A program made the translations under genes and the position numbers. From Thermoanaerobaculia bacterium (lineage in GTDB: Bacteria > Acidobacteriota > Thermoanaerobaculia > Gp7-AA8): a stretch of DNA of 64,000 nucleotides. How positions within the stretch are numbered: the first letter of the stretch is position 1; every line of letters begins with the position of its first letter. The stretch spans positions 722 to 64,721 of the forward strand of contig DASWNW010000086.1 of NCBI GenBank assembly GCA_036399015.1, written 5' to 3'. Shown here one piece after another: positions 18,600-27,921 of the stretch. Under the pieces are notes generated by a model. The model ran no database searches. It saw nothing but the letters and a program-made list of their open reading frames with translations, and was not told where the DNA came from.

Positions 18600-19552
18600 G
18601 AGCGGTTGGGATCGTAGCCGGTGTTGCCGCCGCCGGTGCCGCCCGTGCCGCCGGTGCCACCGGTACCGCTGGTGCCGCCGGTTCCACGGTAGTCGGCGCC
18701 GCCCGTACCACCCGTACCGCGATAGTCCGTGCCGCCCGTGCCGGCCGTGCCGCCGGTGCCGCGATAGTCGGTGCCGCGGTCGTAGCCCGGTCCGCGGTCA
18801 AAGTCCGCGCCGGCGACCGTGGTCGTCGTCTCATCCTTCCCGCGATTCACCGCCGCGTAGATCAGGCCTGCGCCGAGGGCGAGGGCCGCTACGCCGGCAG
18901 CAACCTTGGCCGGGTTCTCACGCGTGTACGACGTCACCTTGCTGCTCGAGCCCTTGAGGTAGTCGCGCGCCGTGTTGAGGTACTCGTCGACGTCGACGTT
19001 CTCGAACTGCGAGCGGAGGCTGCCGAGCAGGCCTTCGATGCCGCCGGCCTTGCTGAGCGACTGTCCGCAGTGCGTGCAGAAGTGGTCTTCCCCGGTGTCG
19101 GACGAGGAGCCGGTCGAGCCGGTGCCCGCCGTGCTGCCGCCGCCGTCGCCGACACCACCGCTGCCGCTGCCGCCACCGAGGCCGCTGCCAGCGAGGCCGC
19201 TGCTGCCGGTGCTGCCACCGAGGCCACTGCCACCGAGACCGCTGCTGCCGGTGCTGCCTCCGAGACCGCTGCCGCCGCTGCTGCCGCTGCTGCCGGAGCC
19301 GGCGCCACCGGAGCCATACGAGCCGCTGCCGCTGCCGCTGCCCGGGTTGAGCGAGCCGCCGGAGCTGCTGCCGCCGCCCGTTCCCGAGCTGCTGCCGCCG
19401 CTGCCGGTGGTCATGCCGCCGCCCGACGACATGCCGGTGCCGGTGCCGCCGGAGCCGTAGCCGGCCCCGGTGGACGTGCCGCCCGAGCCGCTGTTCCCTG
19501 TGGTTCCGCCGCTGATGCCGGAGATGGGGTCGTTAGGATCGTTCTGAGCCAT
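18596..19552 (-). CDS. Gly/Ser/Thr-rich low-complexity protein with DUF883 (ElaB/YqjD)-like C-terminal membrane anchor and DYRGTGGT repeats
   Basis: Start set at Met16 (19552) preceded by GGAGG RBS; ..YTRENPAKVAAGVAALALGAGLIYAAVNRG resembles ElaB/YqjD tail anchor. Confidence 0.5.
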   Translation of the reverse strand: MAQNDPNDPISGISGGTTGNSGSGGTSTGAGYGSGGTGTGMSSGGGMTTGSGGSSSGTGGGSSSGGSLNPGSGSGSGSYGSGGAGSGSSGSSGGSGLGGSTGSSGLGGSGLGGSTGSSGLAGSGLGGGSGSGGVGDGGGSTAGTGSTGSSSDTGEDHFCTHCGQSLSKAGGIEGLLGSLRSQFENVDVDEYLNTARDYLKGSSSKVTSYTRENPAKVAAGVAALALGAGLIYAAVNRGKDETTTTVAGADFDRGPGYDRGTDYRGTGGTAGTGGTDYRGTGGTGGADYRGTGGTSGTGGTGGTGGTGGGNTGYDPNRS

Positions 19553-19568
19553 TCGTGATACCTCCTCG

Positions 19569-20003
19569 TTACTCGCGCGATTCGATGGTCGACTCACCCG
19601 GCTCGTACGTCCGCCGGTGCGTGCCGATCCGCGGATCGCCCGACTTGTTGGTCAGACGGTCTTCGTCGTTCCAGCGCTCGTCGGAAACGCCGTACGCGAA
19701 CTCCTGATCGTTCTGATGGTCTGCTCCGTCGCTGCGGAATCCTGCCTTGCCGCCGGTGAAGGGCGGGGTGTAGGTGCGGCCGATGAGGTCGAGCGGGATG
19801 TCGGTCTCACGCCGCGTGGTGCGTGCCGGTGTGGGTGTCGTGTTGCTGCTGCCGCGGTCCGCCGCTTCCGGCGCCGCCGCCATCATGGTTTCGTTCGTGG
19901 TGGTGGACTCTTCGCGGCCGCGTCCGAAGACCCTGCGGACCGCGCTTGCAACCCGCTGCAACGTGCCGAGCTGCATCGTGGAATTCTCAGTTTTCTGTGC
20001 CAT
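19569..20003 (-). CDS. highly hydrophilic, disordered small protein (hydrophilin/LEA-like; putative stress protein)
   Basis: Start set at Met44 (20003) preceded by AGGGAGG RBS; 144 aa rich in T/E/R/D/G with no hydrophobic core; upstream residues of track ORF derive from repeat. Confidence 0.45.
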   Translation of the reverse strand: MAQKTENSTMQLGTLQRVASAVRRVFGRGREESTTTNETMMAAAPEAADRGSSNTTPTPARTTRRETDIPLDLIGRTYTPPFTGGKAGFRSDGADHQNDQEFAYGVSDERWNDEDRLTNKSGDPRIGTHRRTYEPGESTIESRE

Positions 20004-20066
20004 CCAACCTCCCTTTCGTGGTGCGTTGTCGCACTCCCATCCATTGCAAGGAAGGTGCTGGAAACG

Positions 20067-20175
20067 GCAGTCGCAGAGTCGCAGAGTCGCAAAGTCGCAG
20101 AGGAGGGAGCGCAGCCTTTGAGCCTCTGACACTCTGAGACTCCGCGACTTTGAGACTCTGCGACTCTGCGACTAC
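20067..20175. repeat. tandem-unit hairpin repeat, unit GCAGAGTC / GACTCTGC, ~45-bp stem, in divergent promoter region
   Basis: cagtcgcagagtcgcagagtcgcaaagtcgcagagg-loop-cctctgacactctgagactccgcgactttgagactctgcgactctgcgact. Confidence 0.75.
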
Positions 20176-20184
20176 GATCCGGCC

Positions 20185-22128
20185 ATGAAACGGCTCATTG
20201 TCGTGCTCGCCCTGGCCGCCGCCGCCGCTCCCCTCATCGCCCAGACCCGCACCCAGAAGCCACCGCTCCACGGCGCGCACTGGATGGCCATCACGGGCAA
20301 GCCGCTCGCCGCGACCGCCGGCGCGATGATGTTCCAGAAGGGCGGCAACGCCGTCGACTCCGCCGCGGCGATGCTCGCCGCCACCTGCACCCTCTGGGAC
20401 ACCCTCGGCTGGGGCGGCGAGACGCAGGCGCTCATCTTCGACCCCCGCACGAAAAAGGTCATCGGCATCAACGCACTCGGCGTCGCCCCCTCCGGCGCCA
20501 CCGCCGACTACTACAAGTCGAAGGGGATGCAGTACCCGCCCGAGTACGGCCCGCTCTCCGCCGTCACTCCCGGCACGCCCGGCGGCCTGATGGTGATGCT
20601 GGCCGAGTACGGGACGCTGTCGCTGAAGGAGGTCCTCGCGCCGTCGATCCAGCTCGCCGACGGCTTCCCGATCGAGGCGCAGCTCGCGAACGGCATCGAG
20701 CGGCAGAAGTCGTGGCTCAAGCAGTGGCCCTATTCACGCGCCGTGATGCTGCCGCATGGTGGGGTGGCGCCCGCTTCGGGCGCCTCGTCGTCTGCGGCGG
20801 CCGGAGCGGCCGCCGCGCCACAGAGCATCACTCCGTCGCACGACGTCGTGACCACCGCTGCCGCCACCACGGGGCGCGAGGCGCCGCATCCCGGCGAGAT
20901 GTTCCGCCAGCCCGATCTCGCGGCGACGCTGCGGAAGCTCGTCGAGGCGGAGCAGCAGGCGCTCCAGCGCGGCAGGTCGCGCAAGGAGGCGATCTACGCC
21001 GCGTACGACCGCTTCTACAAGGGAGACATCGCGCAGGAGATCGCGCGCGGGACGCAGGAGCAGGGAGGGCTGATCACCGCCGCCGACCTCGCGAACTGGC
21101 GCGTGCGCACCGAGGAGCCGGTGAAGACCAGCTACAAAGGGATCGACGTCTACAAGCTGACGGTCTGGACGCAGGGGCCGTCGATGCTGCAGGCGCTGAA
21201 CATCCTCGAGAACTTCGACGTCAAGTCGATGGGCTACAACAGCGCGCGCTACATCCACACGCTCTACCAGGCGCTCAGCCTCGCCTACGCCGACCGCGAC
21301 TTCTACTACGGCGATCCCTACTTCCCGCCGGCGGAGCCGGTGGCCGGGCTGCTGTCGAAGGAGTACGCGCGCGAGCGGGCGAAGCTGGTGAACCCGGAGC
21401 GGAACGATCCGAACATCGGACCGGGCGATCCCTATCCGTTCCAGCGCGAGACGAACCCGTTCCTGGAGACGCTGCGCAACTGGAGCAAGACCGCCACCCA
21501 GCCGCGCACGTCGGCGGCGTTGCAGTCGTTCGACGAGTCGTTCCGCCTCGGCACGACGTCGATCGAGGCGGCGGACGAGCAGGGGTGGGTGGTGTCGATC
21601 ACGCCGAGCGGCGGCTGGGTGCCGGCGGTGATCGCCGGCCGCACCGGCGTCGGTCTCTCGCAGCGGGCGCAGAGCTTCGACACCGACCCGGCGCAGAACC
21701 CGTACAACGTGATCGAGCCGGGCAAGCGCCCGCACGTGACGCTCACGCCGACGCTCGCCTTGAAGGACGGCGCGCCCTACCTTGCCTTCGCGGTGCAGGG
21801 GGGCGACACGCAGGACCAGAACCTCCTGCAGTTCTTCCTCAATGTCGTGGAGTTCGGGATGACCCCGCAGGAGGCGGCCGAGGCGGCGAACTTCAATACG
21901 TTCCAGGTGCGCAAATGGCTCGGCGACCGCCAGTCGATCCCCGGCCGCATCCTCCTGCACGAGGCGACGCCGCCGTGGGTGCGCAACGACCTGCGCAGGA
22001 TGGGCTACGACATGACGTTCGAGGAGCGGACCTCGGGCCCGATCAACGCGATTCTCTTCGACCGCAAGCACGGCACGATGTGGGGCGGCAGCTCGAACCA
22101 TGGGGAGGACTACGGGATCGCCTGGTAA
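20185..22128 (+). CDS. ggt: gamma-glutamyltransferase (Ntn-hydrolase)
   Basis: 647 aa; signal peptide; catalytic Thr region GTTSIEAADEQG; GGT family length and motifs. Confidence 0.85.
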   Translation: MKRLIVVLALAAAAAPLIAQTRTQKPPLHGAHWMAITGKPLAATAGAMMFQKGGNAVDSAAAMLAATCTLWDTLGWGGETQALIFDPRTKKVIGINALGVAPSGATADYYKSKGMQYPPEYGPLSAVTPGTPGGLMVMLAEYGTLSLKEVLAPSIQLADGFPIEAQLANGIERQKSWLKQWPYSRAVMLPHGGVAPASGASSSAAAGAAAAPQSITPSHDVVTTAAATTGREAPHPGEMFRQPDLAATLRKLVEAEQQALQRGRSRKEAIYAAYDRFYKGDIAQEIARGTQEQGGLITAADLANWRVRTEEPVKTSYKGIDVYKLTVWTQGPSMLQALNILENFDVKSMGYNSARYIHTLYQALSLAYADRDFYYGDPYFPPAEPVAGLLSKEYARERAKLVNPERNDPNIGPGDPYPFQRETNPFLETLRNWSKTATQPRTSAALQSFDESFRLGTTSIEAADEQGWVVSITPSGGWVPAVIAGRTGVGLSQRAQSFDTDPAQNPYNVIEPGKRPHVTLTPTLALKDGAPYLAFAVQGGDTQDQNLLQFFLNVVEFGMTPQEAAEAANFNTFQVRKWLGDRQSIPGRILLHEATPPWVRNDLRRMGYDMTFEERTSGPINAILFDRKHGTMWGGSSNHGEDYGIAW

Positions 22129-22140
22129 GGGCGGCGTATT

Positions 22141-22176
22141 CGCCGGGCTGAGAGCCCGGCGCTCCAGAGAGACCGA
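22141..22176. repeat. small palindromic element (inverted orientation) after ggt stop
   Basis: cgccgggctgagagcccggcgctccagagagaccg = reverse complement of CTCTCTGGAGCGCCGGGCTCTCAGCCCGGCG. Confidence 0.7.
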
Positions 22177-22178
22177 AA

Positions 22179-22218
22179 CCCGAGGAACTCCGAGGAACTC
22201 CGAGGAACCCGAGGAACC
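22179..22218. repeat. four direct CCGAGGAAC units (one arm only)
   Basis: cccgaggaactccgaggaactccgaggaacccgaggaacccc. Confidence 0.65.
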
Positions 22219-22219
22219 C

Positions 22220-22684
22220 CTACGCCGCCGGCGGTGACGCCAGGTCAACTGCCAGCGGCTGCGCCGCGCGCTCCACGGCCGGCTTCCGGAACCCCCACAC
22301 CGCGAGCGCGGTGCCAGCGATCGCGGCGACGGAGAGGCTCTGCAGCAGGAACGCGACCACCGCTTCCGCGAGCGACGTCCCGGTCGTGCCGGCGCCGGCG
22401 ATCGGGGTGAAGCGGCTCGCGCCTGTCATCGCGCCGAGGAGGCAGGCGGCCCAGTTGGCCCACGCCGCATAGACCCACGCCCACATCATCATCTTCGCGG
22501 AGCGCGGCGCGAGCGCGAACGACGCAGCGAGCGCGCCGAGGGCGATCAGCACCAGGCCGCCGGTGATGGCGACGATGTGCGCGGCGAGGCCGAGCCGCGG
22601 GTTCGTGTACAGCGGCATCCCGAACCCGGTGAACAGGCCCACCAGGATCAGCACGAATCCCAACTGGATCTGGAGACGATTCAT
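22220..22684 (-). CDS. hypothetical membrane protein (4 TM)
   Basis: 154 aa with four hydrophobic helices. Confidence 0.45.
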   Translation of the reverse strand: MNRLQIQLGFVLILVGLFTGFGMPLYTNPRLGLAAHIVAITGGLVLIALGALAASFALAPRSAKMMMWAWVYAAWANWAACLLGAMTGASRFTPIAGAGTTGTSLAEAVVAFLLQSLSVAAIAGTALAVWGFRKPAVERAAQPLAVDLASPPAA

Positions 22685-22772
22685 GGTTCCTCCGGACGAC
22701 TTTTGCTTGGTTGTGCCGCTGAGTTTAGCTCCAGCAGGCCGTTCGCGGCATCATGTACGTCGGGATCCGCCG

Positions 22773-23036
22773 ATGACCGACCGCCGAACCCTGCTCCTGA
22801 CCCGGCGCGCGGTGCGCGTGAAGGGGCGGCGTGTCATCGCCCGCTTCGTCTTGCAGCCGGGTCGCGCCGCGGTGATCACGCTCCCGACGCACAACGACGC
22901 CCGCCGCGCCGCCGCCCGCCTCATCACGCAGTTGCGCCTGACGAAGACCGACGAGGAGTGGGACGACCTCCTCACCTTTCGCGTGGAGCTCATCCGCGCG
23001 ATGTACACGGTGGGGGAGGGCAACGAGGAGGAGTGA
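22773..23036 (+). CDS. small hypothetical protein (88 aa)
   Basis: Internal ATG of ORF 22563..23036; arginine-rich; weak support. Confidence 0.25.
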   Translation: MTDRRTLLLTRRAVRVKGRRVIARFVLQPGRAAVITLPTHNDARRAAARLITQLRLTKTDEEWDDLLTFRVELIRAMYTVGEGNEEE

Positions 23037-23045
23037 GCCGCCCGC

Positions 23046-24251
23046 TCACCGGACGCGCAGCAGCGAGTCCAGCTCGTCCGGCCGCGACGAGCGCACCCGC
23101 GCGTCCTCGACGGTGATCAACCCATCGCGCACGAGCGTCGCCAGCGAGTCCTCCAGCGAGATCATGCCGGCCCGTTTGCCGAGGGTGATCTCCGTGGCGA
23201 GGTTCTGCAGCTTCTCGGTGCGGATGTGATTGCGCACGGCGTGATTCGCGAGCAGCACCTCCACCGCCACCGCCCGCCCCTTCCCGTCCGAGCGGGGGAT
23301 GAGGTGCTGCACGACGATCGCGTTCAGGCTGAGCGCGAGCTGCTGCCGGATCTGCGTCTGCTGCGACGGCGGGAAGACGTCCACGATCCGGTGGAGGGCC
23401 TGCGCCGCGTCGCTGGTGTGCAGCGTCGAGAGGATGAGATGTCCCGTCTCCGCGGCGGTGAGCGCGGTGGCGACGGTCTCGAGGTCGCGCATCTCGCCGA
23501 CGTGGATGACGTCGGGATCCTGGCGCAGCGACGCGCGCAGCGCCGCTGCGAACGACGGCGCGTCGCGTCCGACTTCCACCTGCTCGATGATCGAGGCGGT
23601 GTTGCGGTGCTCGTACTCGATCGGGTCTTCGATGGTGATGATGTGCCGCGCCTCGTTCCGGTTGATCTCTCCGATCAGCGCGGCGAGGGTGGTCGACTTG
23701 CCGGAGCCGGTCGGGCCGCAGACGAGCAGCAGTCCCCGTTGCGGTTTGACGAGCTCCGCGAGCGATGGCGGCAGCCGCAACTGCTGGAGCGTCGGCACGT
23801 CGGTCGGCAGCGCGCGGATCGAGGCCGCGAGCGTCCCCCGCTGGCGATGCACGTTCACCCGGAAGCGCCAGGCGCGCCGGTCTTCGTCGGAGGCCGCACG
23901 CCCCAGGCGCAGCGAGAAGTCGGCGGCCCCCTCGGCGTCCACCTTCTCCCGCAGCCGCGCCGAGACGAGCGGGGCCAGCAGTCCGTTGATGTCATCCGTC
24001 GAGAAGGCGGCGTCGGTGGTGCGAGCGAGGCGCCCCGCGATCCGGAACACCGGCGGGACGCCGGCCACGAGGAGGAGGTCGCTCGCCCCCCGCTGCGCCA
24101 TGTCGATCAGCAGCCCCTCCAGCGCGTTCCCCTCGGGGACGCTCGCCGGCGGCCACGCCGCGGCAGCCCGCGTTTCGTCGGTAGCCGGCTCCTTGTCGTT
24201 GAGCTCCCTTACCAGCGCCTCGAGCTCCGGGTCACGGATCAGCTTCGTCAT
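23046..24251 (-). CDS. PilT/PilU-family type IV pilus retraction ATPase homolog (orphan)
   Basis: Start at Met35 (24251); Walker A GPTGSGKST, Asp box, His box typical of PilT. Confidence 0.75.
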   Translation of the reverse strand: MTKLIRDPELEALVRELNDKEPATDETRAAAAWPPASVPEGNALEGLLIDMAQRGASDLLLVAGVPPVFRIAGRLARTTDAAFSTDDINGLLAPLVSARLREKVDAEGAADFSLRLGRAASDEDRRAWRFRVNVHRQRGTLAASIRALPTDVPTLQQLRLPPSLAELVKPQRGLLLVCGPTGSGKSTTLAALIGEINRNEARHIITIEDPIEYEHRNTASIIEQVEVGRDAPSFAAALRASLRQDPDVIHVGEMRDLETVATALTAAETGHLILSTLHTSDAAQALHRIVDVFPPSQQTQIRQQLALSLNAIVVQHLIPRSDGKGRAVAVEVLLANHAVRNHIRTEKLQNLATEITLGKRAGMISLEDSLATLVRDGLITVEDARVRSSRPDELDSLLRVR

Positions 24252-24446
24252 CCCATTCACTATACGAATGAAGCATGCCATTGGTATCGACTGACCCACC
24301 TGGTCATGAATTGATCCGCAATGACGCCCATAAAGGATCGAAATATGATCCATCTCGAAGTGCTTTTCAATGGAATCAACAACTTACGCGCTGGCGCGTC
24401 CGTTGCCCTTAGCTGGCCTCCGCTAACCAATGAGGAAGGGACTTCA

Positions 24447-26579
24447 ATGAAGAGAACTTTTGTCACGCTGATGGTGCTCCTGACGGCTGTGGGGGCATTC
24501 GCCCAAGAGAGAAACTTCCGGGCGCTCCGCGCGCATGTCGATGAGAACGGCGTCCCGTCGTTCGTCGGCGGCGAGCTTGGCCGCCTCAGCGGGGGAGACG
24601 TCGGCGCTGCCGCCCGTCAGTTCCTTCGCGGCCAGAAAGAGGTCCTCCAGGGCACCGGCACCGAGGACTTCGAGCCGGTCTCGACCTTCAACGACGACTT
24701 CGGTCAGACGCACGTCCGCCTGCAGCAGCGGGTGAACGGCCTCCCGGTCGTCGGCGCCGAGTACATCGTGCACGCCGACTCGACCGGCCGCGTCTTCGCG
24801 ATGAACGGCCGCTTCTCGCCGGACCGCGACCTGCCGCGCCACGCGGAGCTCAACGGCTGGGACGCCATCGAGCGCGCCATCGGCCAGGCCGGCATCCAGC
24901 AGCCGGCGTACAACGGCATGCCGCGTTTGACGTACGTCGTCAACGAGCGTGGCAACACCTTCCTCGCGTTCGTCGTCGAGGCTTCCTACGTCAACGACCA
25001 GGGCGAGCAGCGCGACCTCGTCTACGCGGACGCCCTCACCGGCGACCTCGTGCTGCGCGACGCGCAGATCCACCGCGCCCGCAACCGCCGCACGTACAAC
25101 GGTAACCGCACCACCACGCTGCCGGGCACGCTCGTCCTGCAGGAGACCAGCGGCTCGACGACGGACTCCGCCATCTCGACCGCGCACGCCCACGCGGCGA
25201 GCTCCTACGACTACTACAGCAGCGTGCACGGCCGCGACTCCTTCAACGGCGCGGGCGCGATCATCTCCACGACCGTCCACCACGACGTGAACTACAACAA
25301 CGCGTTCTGGAACGGCTCGCAGCTCGTCTACGGCGACGGCGACGGCACGACCTTCTCCTCGCTCGGCAACTCGCTCGACGTCGGTGCGCACGAGTTCACG
25401 CACGCCGTCACCGACTACAGCGCCGACCTGGTCTACGCCAACGAGTCCGGCGCCCTCAACGAGGCCACCTCGGACATCATGGCTTCCGCCCTCGAGGCCT
25501 GGAAGGACGGCTCCGTCAACACCGACACCTGGAAGATCGGCGAGGACATCTACACCCCCGCCACCGCCGGTGACGCCCTCCGCTACATGAACGACCCGGC
25601 CGCGGGCGGCGACTACGACTACTACCCGACCCGTTACGTCGGTACCGACGACGACGGCGGCGTGCACTGGAACAGCGGCATCGCGAACCTCGCGTTCAAG
25701 CTGATGGTCACCGGCGGCACGCACCCCCGCAGCAAGACCACGGTCAGCGTCCCGGCGCTCAGCGCCACCGCGCTCACCTCGATCGACATGGGCGCGAAGA
25801 TCTGGTATCGCGCGCTCACCGTCTACATGAACTCCTCGACGAATTTCCTCGGCGCCCGCAACGCCACCGCGCAGGCCGCCACCGACCTGTACGGCGCGAC
25901 CGCGGCCAACGCCGTGCAGCTCGCGTGGGACGCCGTCGGCGTGCCGCGCCCGGCGCCGACCGTCACGCTCTCCAACGGCGTGGCCGTCACCGGCATCGGC
26001 GCCTCCACCGGCACCTGGAAGCACTACAAGATCGCCGTGCCCTCGGGCCAGTCGAAGCTGGACATCGTGATGTCGGGCGGCACCGGCGACGGCGACATGT
26101 ACGTCAAGCGCGGCGCGCAGCCGACCTCGTCGAGCTACGACTACCGTCCGTACCTCAGCGGCAACGCCGAGAGCGTCGCCGTCACCAACCCGGTCGCGGG
26201 CGACTGGTACATCAGCATCTACGCCTACTCGACCTTCGCCAGCGTCACCCTGAAGGCGACCTACACCGGCACCGTCACGCCGCCGGCCTGCACGAGCGTC
26301 ACCAGCTCGCTCTCCGGCAGCGGCGCGAACTACTACACCGCGCAATACACGTCGAGCATCAGCGGCTCGCACACCGGAAAGCTGACCGGCCCCTCCGGCA
26401 CCGACTTCGACCTGTACCTGCAGAAGTGGAACGGCTCGTCGTGGGCCATCGTGGGACGCGGTGAGACGTCCACCTCGACCGAGAACGTGACCTACAGCGG
26501 CACGTCCGGCCAGTACCGGTGGCGCGTCTACTCGTACAGCGGCAGCGGTTCGTTCACGCTCTGCACGACCAAGCCGTAA
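24447..26579 (+). CDS. secreted M4 (thermolysin/vibriolysin-like) metalloprotease with two C-terminal PPC-type domains
   Basis: Start at Met43 with RBS; HEFTHAV HExxH, GALNEATSD, GGVHWNSGI thermolysin signatures. Confidence 0.85.
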   Translation: MKRTFVTLMVLLTAVGAFAQERNFRALRAHVDENGVPSFVGGELGRLSGGDVGAAARQFLRGQKEVLQGTGTEDFEPVSTFNDDFGQTHVRLQQRVNGLPVVGAEYIVHADSTGRVFAMNGRFSPDRDLPRHAELNGWDAIERAIGQAGIQQPAYNGMPRLTYVVNERGNTFLAFVVEASYVNDQGEQRDLVYADALTGDLVLRDAQIHRARNRRTYNGNRTTTLPGTLVLQETSGSTTDSAISTAHAHAASSYDYYSSVHGRDSFNGAGAIISTTVHHDVNYNNAFWNGSQLVYGDGDGTTFSSLGNSLDVGAHEFTHAVTDYSADLVYANESGALNEATSDIMASALEAWKDGSVNTDTWKIGEDIYTPATAGDALRYMNDPAAGGDYDYYPTRYVGTDDDGGVHWNSGIANLAFKLMVTGGTHPRSKTTVSVPALSATALTSIDMGAKIWYRALTVYMNSSTNFLGARNATAQAATDLYGATAANAVQLAWDAVGVPRPAPTVTLSNGVAVTGIGASTGTWKHYKIAVPSGQSKLDIVMSGGTGDGDMYVKRGAQPTSSSYDYRPYLSGNAESVAVTNPVAGDWYISIYAYSTFASVTLKATYTGTVTPPACTSVTSSLSGSGANYYTAQYTSSISGSHTGKLTGPSGTDFDLYLQKWNGSSWAIVGRGETSTSTENVTYSGTSGQYRWRVYSYSGSGSFTLCTTKP

Positions 26580-26602
26580 TCAGTCTCTGAGGTTTCTCTG
26601 GA

Positions 26603-26636
26603 GGGACGGGCGTTCAGCCCGTCCCTTTTCTTTTTG
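26603..26636 (+). terminator. intrinsic terminator of the M4 protease gene built from the small palindromic element
   Basis: GGGACGGGCGTTCAGCCCGTCCC followed by TTTTCTTTTTG. Confidence 0.6.
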
Positions 26637-26697
26637 TTCACACCTCGCGGTTTCGTCCCGGACGGCGGTGCGCTCCAACAAACCAAAGGAGACACCC

Positions 26698-27465
26698 ATG
26701 TTCGAGACATCGGTCGTACAGGTCCGCGCGCAGTCCGGCGCCAGACTGAGCCTGCTGTCGGTTTCCGTCATCGCCCACAGCGCGGTCGTCATCGGCGCCA
26801 TCGCGATGAGCATCGCATCCACCGAGTTCCCGACGAACGCGCCGAAGGCGTTCGAGCTGGCGCCGGTGTTCCGCATGCCGCCGCCGTTGGGCACGCTCGG
26901 CGGCAGCAGCCGTCCGCCCGAGCCGAAGCCGCCGCAGCCGCAGCAGAAGCAGCCCGCCGCGCCGGTACAGCCGAATGAGGTGACCGCACCGCAGACGGTC
27001 CCCGACACGATCCAGAACGCGAAGCCGGCAGCGTCGGCGTTGCCGTCGTCGACGCCAGGCACTGGCGACTCATCCGTGGTGTCGAACGGACCCGGCGTGC
27101 CGTGGGGCACGAAGGGCGCGACGGGCGACCTCGACGCCCCTCCCGGACCTCTCGCGACGGCTGAGCCGGAGCCGGAGAAGATCTACGAGGTGCACGAGGT
27201 CAAGGCGCCGGTGCCGCTCTACAAGCCCGACCCGCAGTACCCGCCGCACCTGGTCCGCACGCGGATGCCGGCGACGGTGGTGGTGCGCTGCATCATCGAC
27301 AAGAACGGCCACGTCCGCGACCCGCGCCTCGTCCAGTCCGGCCTCCCGCCGTTCAACAAGGCAGTGCTCGACGTGATCTCGACCTGGCGCTACACGCCCG
27401 GCTCGCGGAACGGGGTGGCGGTGGAGACGTACCTCGACGTGACGGTGAGATTCGGGGTGAATTGA
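26698..27465 (+). CDS. tonB: TonB family energy transducer (TM anchor, Pro-rich spacer, TonB_C)
   Basis: Start Met11 with AAGGAGA RBS; PPPLG..PEPKPPQPQQK proline-rich region; C-terminal ..YPPHL..VVRCIIDKNGHV..VQSGLPPFNKAVLDVI. Confidence 0.75.
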   Translation: MFETSVVQVRAQSGARLSLLSVSVIAHSAVVIGAIAMSIASTEFPTNAPKAFELAPVFRMPPPLGTLGGSSRPPEPKPPQPQQKQPAAPVQPNEVTAPQTVPDTIQNAKPAASALPSSTPGTGDSSVVSNGPGVPWGTKGATGDLDAPPGPLATAEPEPEKIYEVHEVKAPVPLYKPDPQYPPHLVRTRMPATVVVRCIIDKNGHVRDPRLVQSGLPPFNKAVLDVISTWRYTPGSRNGVAVETYLDVTVRFGVN

Positions 27466-27473
27466 GCGAGGCG

Positions 27474-27563
27474 GTTCCTCGGAGTTCCTCGGCAGTTCCT
27501 CGGGTTCCTCAGCCGACCTCCCCCGAGGAACCCCGAGGAACCCCGAGGAACCCCGAGGAACCC
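27474..27563. repeat. GTTCCTCGG x4 / CCGAGGAAC x4 hairpin repeat after tonB
   Basis: ggttcctcggagttcctcggcagttcctcgggttcctc-loop-ccccgaggaa x4. Confidence 0.75.
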
Positions 27564-27594
27564 TTTTGGCGTGCCCGGTGCAACCTCCCGAAGC

Positions 27595-27918
27595 ATGCCG
27601 ATACAAGGAAAAAAAGAAAGCAAACAACGAGCGATCAAGGGCGTCCAGACGTCCGGGAACACCACCGGACGCGGCGCCCTTGGCGCTCTCGTCACTCCCA
27701 GTCCCGAGCTCGCCCACATCGTCGGCTCCTCGCCGCTCACCCGCGGCGACGCCATGAAGCGCCTCTGGGATTACATCAAGAAGCACAACCTGCAGGACCC
27801 GGCGAACAAGCGGCGGATCATCGCCGACGACAACCTGCGGCCGATCTTCGAGAACAACGACTCGCTGAGCATGTTCGAGATGACGGCGTACGTGTCGCGG
27901 CACCTGCACAAGCAGTAG
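27595..27918 (+). CDS. SWIB/MDM2 domain protein
   Basis: ATG at 27595 within ORF 27571..27918; Lys-rich N-term then SWIB signature PSPELAHIVGSSPLTRGDAMKRLWDYIKKHNLQDPANKRRIIADDNLRPIF..SMFEM. Confidence 0.7.
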   Translation: MPIQGKKESKQRAIKGVQTSGNTTGRGALGALVTPSPELAHIVGSSPLTRGDAMKRLWDYIKKHNLQDPANKRRIIADDNLRPIFENNDSLSMFEMTAYVSRHLHKQ

Positions 27919-27921
27919 GTC

